Source: a virus (Duplodnaviria; Caudoviricetes). From it: DNA of 26,651 bases. Numbering within the stretch: position 1 is the stretch's first letter; the number at the start of each line of letters is the position of its first letter. Below, in pieces: positions 1-5,434 of the stretch. The translations under genes were made by a program, and so were the position numbers. The stretch is taken from the IMG/VR virus record IMGVR_UViG_3300030433_001618, positions 1 through 26,651 of that record. One strand, written 5' to 3'. The notes below the pieces were generated by a model that ran no database searches, was not told the DNA's origin, and was given only the letters and a program-made list of their open reading frames with translations.

Positions 1-510
1 CTTGCTATGGCGAGCAACATGAAGTTCATCGAGGGGGGTTCCACTGATGAGGAGATAGACGCCTACAAGCAGAAAGTTGTGGGTATTTTGGGGGATAGCT
101 ACGATAAGGGGAAGGTTACGTCTATTGTAGATCGCATGGCGAGCCTCAGGGACCAAGAGAACGATCCTCAGCTGGCTAAGCTTGACAAGTTGGACGAGGA
201 AGAGGTCAGAAGCCTTGCCAGCATGGTTGATGATGCCAGCACTACGTTCAAGCGCGGGGAGGACGAGGGGAGGATGTCCTTCTTGGCGTCTTTTGCCCCT
301 GCCACGTTTTTTACTGACGCGGGTTCGCGTAATGTCGCGATGAACAACATGCTTGATCAGATCAAAGACATACAGGGGTCTACGGGACTGACTGTTGACG
401 AGGTTGTAGACCTTGCAAATGATATCATCATGAGCTCTGACAAGTCTGAGAGTGACAAGCAGCGTATGGCGGATTTGATTGGGGGTAAGCTACGGGACTC
501 GTTGAGCTAA
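1..510 (+). CDS. Hypothetical acidic, helical protein, possibly internal virion/cargo; probably 5'-truncated
   Basis: The frame is open from base 1 (CTT GCT ATG at 7), so the true start may lie upstream. Ends TAA 508-510. Contains FIEGG. Confidence 0.6.
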   Translation, partial: LAMASNMKFIEGGSTDEEIDAYKQKVVGILGDSYDKGKVTSIVDRMASLRDQENDPQLAKLDKLDEEEVRSLASMVDDASTTFKRGEDEGRMSFLASFAPATFFTDAGSRNVAMNNMLDQIKDIQGSTGLTVDEVVDLANDIIMSSDKSESDKQRMADLIGGKLRDSLS

Positions 511-516
511 TTAGTC

Positions 517-525
517 TATATTTGC
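517..525 (+). promoter_or_regulatory. Bacteroidota-type -7 promoter element TATATTTGC
   Basis: Matches TAnnTTTG; intergenic; ATG at 529. Confidence 0.75.
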
Positions 526-528
526 GTT

Positions 529-1434
529 ATGGATCACACGAAAAAAAGGAAAAAGAAGACCTACAGCTACGAGCACGGAGGCACCCACGGAACTCCCAGC
601 AAAGCGGATATGCTTAAGTCTAAGATTTCATCTGCCCTTGAGGGTGGGGCTACCGATGCGGAGATCAAAGAAATGATCGCCAAGAGCGGTTTGGCAGAGA
701 CGCACGACATCATGTACGATAACGTTGAGATGACGGTATCCGTAACCCCTAAGAAAGATGACCGCTTTGGGCCTAAGGACCCTCCAGGTCAGCGTGGTGA
801 TATGTTCGGAATGGGTGGCGATACCGATAAGGGCAAGACCGCCAAGGAGCTTATCAGGGAGTATCAAGCCATTCTCAATAGAACTGGTGTCCCCGAAGAA
901 ACTCGCAAGATGTATGAGGCGAAAATCGCAGACCTCAGAAAGTCTGAAAGAGCAATGGACGGGATGAGGACCTACATGCACGGGGGTTCTCACGACGATG
1001 AGATGAAGACCTACATGCACGGAGGATCCCACGATAATAAGATGAGGACTTACAAGCACGGTGGGTCTCACGGAGAGCCTAAAACTCACGCTGGTCAATA
1101 TGAGGGCAGAATCATGGAGGACGAAGGCGGCAAGTACGGTATTTATGATTACGGTGACGGCAGAACAGTGAAGACTTACTTCATGGAGGATCCAGGTGCA
1201 GTTGGGGAGTATGTACCCGATAACGACTATGTGTTTGAAGAGATGGATGGAAAGACCTTTGCTAGGCTCGCTCCTGGCCCCATGCAAGAGGAGAGAAACC
1301 CTAGAGAGAGACAGATCGGTAAGGAGGTTATGGAGGAAAGCACCAAGGGTGCCTCTAAGATTGAAAACCTCTTGGAGAAGCTCATGGATGAAGGCCGTCG
1401 GGGAAAGGACGGTACTAGAACATATAGCTACTGA
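529..1434 (+). CDS. Hypothetical protein (301 aa) with YxHGG[ST]H repeats; putative internal virion protein
   Basis: Long ORF directly after a promoter motif, with TGATG coupling to the next gene. Function is inferred only. Confidence 0.7.
   Translation: MDHTKKRKKKTYSYEHGGTHGTPSKADMLKSKISSALEGGATDAEIKEMIAKSGLAETHDIMYDNVEMTVSVTPKKDDRFGPKDPPGQRGDMFGMGGDTDKGKTAKELIREYQAILNRTGVPEETRKMYEAKIADLRKSERAMDGMRTYMHGGSHDDEMKTYMHGGSHDNKMRTYKHGGSHGEPKTHAGQYEGRIMEDEGGKYGIYDYGDGRTVKTYFMEDPGAVGEYVPDNDYVFEEMDGKTFARLAPGPMQEERNPRERQIGKEVMEESTKGASKIENLLEKLMDEGRRGKDGTRTYSY
964..1080 (+). repeat. Three 39-nt tandem repeats encoding MRTYMHGGSHDDE / MKTYMHGGSHDNK / MRTYKHGGSHGEP
   Basis: Units start at 964, 1003 and 1042, with synonymous divergence between copies. 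Confidence 0.9.
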
Positions 1435-2246
1435 TGCCAGGTGTTTACAGATACGAAGAGGGCGGAGGTACTGGAAAGCCCTTTAAGGAGTTTTTGGCTT
1501 CGGGCCGTGAAGCTTCTCCCTATCAGCAACGAGAAGTTGAAACGGGTGGCTTTTACAATGCGAGCAAAGGCCCAAAGGGATCGACCATTTATATTGGAGA
1601 TGATGGCGACGACGCTTTTGTTAAGACTGCAGACGGTCAGTTTGTGTTTATCCCTGATGGTCGTAGCGACGCAGTAAGCATTCTCAGCTCACGCGCAGGA
1701 GTTGGCAAGATGTTTCGTTTCCATCAAAACTATCCAAACGACAACATTTTTAAGCGCCGTGGCAAATATGAAGAAGGGGGATCTACTGGTGAGGGCAACC
1801 CTAAGCTCGTACTACCTAGGGAAAGCCAGGGGGAAGTCCTCCGAACCGAAGACGGACGAGAGTACGTCGTGTACGAAAATACCACCACGGGAGAAAAGGT
1901 AAAGGTGTTTGGCAGCTGGAACGAAGCCCCAGGCATCCGCATGGGCGAAGGAGGATCTCGTACTCAGGCCATAGACACAAAGTACAACTACCCTATTATG
2001 CAGGCTGAGAACGGGGAGTTCGTTCTTGACGAAGCCATGCTTGCTACAGATAAGAACGACAGCGGCCCAAACATGGTGTACGACCCTAAGTTTGGACGTA
2101 AGATGCCTACCGCCAAGACGGGGAACCTCCTTGCTCAGCTTGGACAGATGGGTGAAAGTCGTGAGATGGGTCAGTTCCAGCCTAACGTAGAGAGAGGGAT
2201 TGGTATGATGGCGGGAGGAAAGACATTTAGGTACAATGAACGATAA
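1434..2246 (+). CDS. Hypothetical protein (270 aa) with YEEGG motifs; partial paralog of 529-1434
   Basis: Coupled ORF carrying YEEGG twice and MMAGG near the C-terminus. Confidence 0.7.
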   Translation: MPGVYRYEEGGGTGKPFKEFLASGREASPYQQREVETGGFYNASKGPKGSTIYIGDDGDDAFVKTADGQFVFIPDGRSDAVSILSSRAGVGKMFRFHQNYPNDNIFKRRGKYEEGGSTGEGNPKLVLPRESQGEVLRTEDGREYVVYENTTTGEKVKVFGSWNEAPGIRMGEGGSRTQAIDTKYNYPIMQAENGEFVLDEAMLATDKNDSGPNMVYDPKFGRKMPTAKTGNLLAQLGQMGESREMGQFQPNVERGIGMMAGGKTFRYNER

Positions 2247-2529
2247 GCTTGTAGATAAGATTCGGAGCTTTCGGATACAGAACAAGTTCAAGAAGCACGA
2301 CAAAAGGGAAAAAAGGTACGTCGACCTTTACAACAAGCACGAGCAGATAAAGAAAGAGACTCTCGATAAGATGGATAGCGGTGAGATCACCGAAGAAAGC
2401 CAGCTCAAAGGGGTCAATAGAAAACTGAAGAGGCTAAGGGACCGCATGGAGGGGATCGAAAAAAGAGACCTTAAGTCCGCCGAAAAGGTGAAAAAGCTTC
2501 AGGACAAAAGAACTTACAATTACAGATGA
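2236..2529 (+). CDS. Hypothetical basic, coiled-coil-like protein (97 aa)
   Basis: Overlaps the upstream stop; ATGA overlap with the endolysin gene; K/R/E/D-rich. Confidence 0.65.
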   Translation: MNDKLVDKIRSFRIQNKFKKHDKREKRYVDLYNKHEQIKKETLDKMDSGEITEESQLKGVNRKLKRLRDRMEGIEKRDLKSAEKVKKLQDKRTYNYR

Positions 2530-2996
2530 AGCTTTCTAAGAATCTTTCGCTCTCAGAAGTCACAAAGAGCAGAACCGCCGATGCTCTCGGCATAAATAAT
2601 ACACCAGATGAGTGGGTTACAGAAAACCTTAGACAAATTGCGCTCAATGTTTTTCAACCTTTGCGCGACGCTTTCGGGTGCCCTATATACGTGTCGAGCG
2701 GCTATCGCTCGCCTGAGCTCAACCGTGCTATCGGTGGTTCAAAGCGGAGTCAGCACATGGAAGGAAGAGCACTCGACCTGGACGCAGACGTATTCGGAGA
2801 TTGTACAAACGCTCAGATCTTCAACTACATTAAAGAAAATCTGGAGTTTGATCAGATGGTTTGGGAGTTTGGTGATGACGATAATCCTAATTGGGTTCAC
2901 GTGTCTTACGTTCACGATGGGGCTAATCGTAAAAGGTGCCTCAAAGCTTGTAAGGACGATAAGGGCAAGACGTATTACGAAGTGATGCTTGGATAA
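2526..2996 (+). CDS. Peptidase M15 family Zn metallopeptidase, probable endolysin
   Basis: SGYRS...LNRAIGG...SQHMEGRALD...WVHVSY gives the His-x6-Asp plus His zinc ligands of M15 peptidases; typical LSKNLSLSE N-terminus. Confidence 0.9.
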   Translation: MKLSKNLSLSEVTKSRTADALGINNTPDEWVTENLRQIALNVFQPLRDAFGCPIYVSSGYRSPELNRAIGGSKRSQHMEGRALDLDADVFGDCTNAQIFNYIKENLEFDQMVWEFGDDDNPNWVHVSYVHDGANRKRCLKACKDDKGKTYYEVMLG

Positions 2997-3409
2997 CTCT
3001 CCAGGTCCCTGTAGAATCTTGTCACCAAGTTTCTGCCCTTTTGAGTTAGGGCATATCTAACCTCGTAGTTAAACTTCGTTTCCTCTCTAAACAGGAAGTC
3101 CTCGTACTTGCCTGCCGTAGTGAGCCTGTCGTAGAACTTGTATATAAGGTCCTTATTGGCCAGAGGGTACACCACCCTTTCCGCCATCTTGTTCTTATAC
3201 ATGCCTAGCTGCTTTGCTGCAAACTTTAGGGTCCAGAACTCAAAGTCGGTAGCCCAAAGGAGAAACTCCATCTCACCCATTGTTACTGGGTACTCCCTGT
3301 TCACCTTGCGCTTTATGTTCTTTATCTGCTGCAGGTAGTTGAACTCGGTGTTCTTCCTAAGGACGAAATCTCGGAACACATTCTTCCTGAGCTTATCCTT
3401 CTTTTTCAT
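2975..3409 (-). CDS. Putative winged-helix (MarR-like) DNA-binding protein (144 aa)
   Basis: Likely start is the ATG at 3409 (MKKKDKLRK), since the longer track start overlaps the divergent gene. EMEFLLW...TLKFAAKQLG helices and a RYALTQKG wing motif. Fills an otherwise empty gap. Confidence 0.65.
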   Translation of the reverse strand: MKKKDKLRKNVFRDFVLRKNTEFNYLQQIKNIKRKVNREYPVTMGEMEFLLWATDFEFWTLKFAAKQLGMYKNKMAERVVYPLANKDLIYKFYDRLTTAGKYEDFLFREETKFNYEVRYALTQKGRNLVTRFYRDLESYPSITS

Positions 3410-3413
3410 TTCG

Positions 3414-3421
3414 TATATTTG
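3414..3421 (+). promoter_or_regulatory. -7 promoter element TATATTTG
   Basis: Lies in the 28-nt gap between divergent starts at 3409 (-) and 3438 (+). Confidence 0.7.
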
Positions 3422-3437
3422 ATTAAAATTGAGTAAG

Positions 3438-3722
3438 ATGAACGAGAAGCACGAATTCCTTATGAAAGTCAAAGATCACTTTGAGTACATAGCTCAGCTG
3501 ATCAAAGACTATGAGATGGAAGACAGGATTCTTGCTGCATCTATGATAGGCATCCTAGATCCACTTGACGAAGATAACTCGGATTTGACGGCAATATACG
3601 CCATGAATATCGACAGCAGAGAAGAGCTGGACGTTGTAACCGAGTTTTTGGTGGACGCCTATGAAGAAAACAACCCCGATCTCAACGACCTTCTAGGCGG
3701 TCTTGGGATATCACTAAACTAA
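3438..3722 (+). CDS. Hypothetical acidic protein (94 aa)
   Basis: ATG at 3438 preferred to TTG at 3429. Manual count gives 23 D/E versus 6 K/R. Confidence 0.7.
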   Translation: MNEKHEFLMKVKDHFEYIAQLIKDYEMEDRILAASMIGILDPLDEDNSDLTAIYAMNIDSREELDVVTEFLVDAYEENNPDLNDLLGGLGISLN

Positions 3723-3723
3723 A

Positions 3724-3960
3724 ATGGAAGGACTTATTAGAAAAATTGTGGTCGGACGAGACCCCAAGGATGGCATGGCCTATTACATAGGTATGAGGGC
3801 AGGCACTGGCAAGGTAGAAGCCATACTGTTGGATGAAGAATTTCTCTTCAGATATAACAAGATGAGATATTTGATTTATATTCGCAACAGCGAAGGGAAC
3901 AATCTCTGGAAAGTGATTAACGAGATGCCCTGCGTAATTGAATATGACTTAAATTTCTAA
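3724..3960 (+). CDS. Hypothetical phage protein (78 aa)
   Basis: LIRKIVVG.DPK.GM.Y.IG...MPCVIEYDL resembles a small protein I recall beside GroES in Bacteroidota phages. TAATG coupling. Confidence 0.75.
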   Translation: MEGLIRKIVVGRDPKDGMAYYIGMRAGTGKVEAILLDEEFLFRYNKMRYLIYIRNSEGNNLWKVINEMPCVIEYDLNF

Positions 3961-4559
3961 TGCGTACCTACAACTTCTTCATTGTAGAGGTAGAGAACAT
4001 TGTAAAAGACACGATCACCACGGAAGGTGGTTTGGAGCTTTACCTCGATGGCAAGTTTAATGACTTTGAGCACAGGACACAGTGCGGAAAAGTTGTTGCC
4101 GTCCCATTCAAGTATGATCACGGAGTGGAGGTCGGCGACGAGCTGTACTTTCACCACAACGTAACCCTTAACAACGGCCAGCCACTTACTGGCTACGACA
4201 ACCATTATCTCGTTTCTTACAGCGATTACGATGCGGTTGCTTCTCAAGCCATTGCCGTAAAGAGCAAAGATACGGGTGAGGTTCGTGTCCTGTCTTCTTG
4301 GACCCTGATAGAGCAGATACAGGAGGAGCGTGACGAGAAGTCAACCTCACTTGAGGTGGTAACTCTTAGCGAGAAGCCAATCACCAAGGGAAGGATTGTG
4401 ATTGAAACAGATGGCACGAAAGACCTTGGCCTGAAAATCGGTGACATCGTGGGCTTCAAAAAAAACATGGACTACGACATGGTCGTGGACGGCAAGCCCT
4501 ATGGTCGTGTTAGAACTCAAGACTTACTTTATGTCGAGGAAGAAGTTCACAACGATTGA
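3960..4559 (+). CDS. groES: Co-chaperonin GroES-like protein with two tandem domains (199 aa)
   Basis: Domain 1: TTEGGLEL mobile-loop-like segment, GKVVAVP, VEVGDELYF. Domain 2: KGRIV, LKIGDIVGF, VDGKPYGRVRTQDLL. Confidence 0.75.
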   Translation: MRTYNFFIVEVENIVKDTITTEGGLELYLDGKFNDFEHRTQCGKVVAVPFKYDHGVEVGDELYFHHNVTLNNGQPLTGYDNHYLVSYSDYDAVASQAIAVKSKDTGEVRVLSSWTLIEQIQEERDEKSTSLEVVTLSEKPITKGRIVIETDGTKDLGLKIGDIVGFKKNMDYDMVVDGKPYGRVRTQDLLYVEEEVHND

Positions 4560-4821
4560 TGCGGCAGATCGCCTCATGAAGTCTATGGAGGTGGCCATCA
4601 ACAATATGATTGATGAAGTGAAAAAGCCTGTAGATCCAGAGATAACTGGTAGCGCTAGAAAGGCTGAGCTTACTTCAATCAAGCAAACAGCTACAGACTG
4701 TAAGGAACTGATCGTTGAAAGACAGCGATTAGAGCAAATGATCAAAGACCTACAAACAAATGGAGGGATCGAAGAAGCCAAAGACTACAGCGGAGGTTTC
4801 GCTGAAAGATACTCTAAGTGA
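4531..4821 (+). CDS. Putative terminase small subunit (96 aa)
   Basis: ATG at 4531; helical/coiled-coil with C-terminal GGFAER; upstream of terL. The call rests mainly on position. Confidence 0.5.
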   Translation: MSRKKFTTIDAADRLMKSMEVAINNMIDEVKKPVDPEITGSARKAELTSIKQTATDCKELIVERQRLEQMIKDLQTNGGIEEAKDYSGGFAERYSK

Positions 4822-4903
4822 TTGGAAAGAAATAGTATGGCAATACAATAGGACGGACTTCAAGTTCTGGGAGGAATCCTGGAATGACGAGTTCGAAGAC
4901 TAG
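4760..4903 (+). CDS. Small hypothetical protein (47 aa) with Trp/acid-rich C-terminus
   Basis: Manual translation MEGSKKPKTTAEVSLKDTLSDWKEIVWQYNRTDFKFWEESWNDEFED*; overlaps the upstream gene by 62 nt. Confidence 0.45.
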   Translation: MEGSKKPKTTAEVSLKDTLSDWKEIVWQYNRTDFKFWEESWNDEFED

Positions 4904-4949
4904 GTTGGTAATCGCCAGACGGCCCGCTACGAGTAATGGGTAATCAAAC

Positions 4950-5026
4950 TGGGGCGTAGTTCAGTTGGTTAGAGCGTCTGTCTTATACACAGGAAGTCAC
5001 GGGTTCAAGTCCCGTCGCCCCAACCA
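4950..5026 (+). tRNA. tRNA-Ile, anticodon UAU
   Basis: Acceptor TGGGGCG/CGCCCCA plus A-CCA; D arm GTTC/GAGC; anticodon stem TCTGT/ACAGG with loop CT-TAT-AC (TAT 4984-4986); T arm ACGGG-TTCAAGT-CCCGT. Confidence 0.9.
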
Positions 5027-5027
5027 T

Positions 5028-5101
5028 GCGCCCGTAGCTCAGTTGGATAGAGCATCTGCCTTCTAAGCAGACGGTCACAGGTTCGAATCCTGTCGGGCGT
5101 A
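5028..5101 (+). tRNA. tRNA-Arg, anticodon UCU
   Basis: Acceptor GCGCCCG/CGGGCGT; anticodon stem TCTGC/GCAGA with loop CT-TCT-AA (TCT 5062-5064); T arm ACAGG-TTCGAAT-CCTGT; CCA not encoded. Confidence 0.95.
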
Positions 5102-5115
5102 CAAAATTAAATACA

Positions 5116-5247
5116 ATGGCTAAAGTAAAAGTATCCACTTACGAGAAGAAGCGAGTTCGCAGAAAGGGTGTTCACGCGAAGACCAAGCAGTCTAAGAACA
5201 AGCAATCAAAGAATTACAAGAAGCGGTACGCTTCACAAGGACGATAA
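5116..5247 (+). CDS. Small very basic protein (43 aa)
   Basis: Manual translation MAKVKVSTYEKKRVRRKGVHAKTKQSKNKQSKNYKKRYASQGR*; A-rich leader; 17 K/R. Confidence 0.75.
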   Translation: MAKVKVSTYEKKRVRRKGVHAKTKQSKNKQSKNYKKRYASQGR

Positions 5248-5248
5248 C

Positions 5249-5434
5249 ATGGCAGATTACATTTGCAAGTGCGATGACGCACACGAAGAAAGTAAGAGTG
5301 GTGTAAGCATTAGGTTCGGTGACGACGGTGCGTACCACGACATCAAGTGTCCATGCGGTAAGTACATGGACCTGAAGAATCCGAAGTCTGGAGCCCCTAG
5401 CTTTAGAAGCAACAGGTACGGGCAGGTGTACTGA
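5249..5434 (+). CDS. Small zinc-ribbon protein, FmdB-like (61 aa)
   Basis: MADYICKC...H...KCPCG pattern; starts 1 nt after the previous stop; TGATG coupling to terL. Confidence 0.65.
   Translation: MADYICKCDDAHEESKSGVSIRFGDDGAYHDIKCPCGKYMDLKNPKSGAPSFRSNRYGQVY

Noticed and set aside
964-1080. CRISPR-like mini-array
   Set aside because: The units are contiguous, in frame, lack unique spacers and vary at synonymous positions; it is a coding repeat.
628-1287. 219-aa minus-strand ORF, and similar long antisense ORFs at 1812-2303, 6499-7017, 14045-14683, 15155-15874, 20560-21147 and 21280-21816
   Set aside because: They lie wholly or almost wholly opposite well-supported + strand genes, have implausible composition and no recognisable motifs; typical shadow ORFs.
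2236-2529. Holin or spanin next to the endolysin
   Set aside because: The neighbouring proteins are highly charged with no transmembrane segment or lipobox; lysis partners must lie elsewhere.
4441-4530. Upstream extension of the putative terS frame and the A8 run at 4458-4465 as a GroES-TerS frameshift fusion
   Set aside because: The bridging peptide (TWTTTWSWT) is not protein-like, a shift would truncate the second GroES domain, and ATG 4531 is a good start.
4904-5115. tRNA-associated HDV-like (theta) ribozyme
   Set aside because: The tRNA 3' flanks are a single T and a short A-rich leader, and the 5' spacer cannot form the nested double pseudoknot.
5168-5248. N-terminal extension of the track ORF 5168-5434
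   Set aside because: It overlaps the better-supported 43-aa gene at 5116-5247; ATG 5249 fits a zinc-ribbon start.
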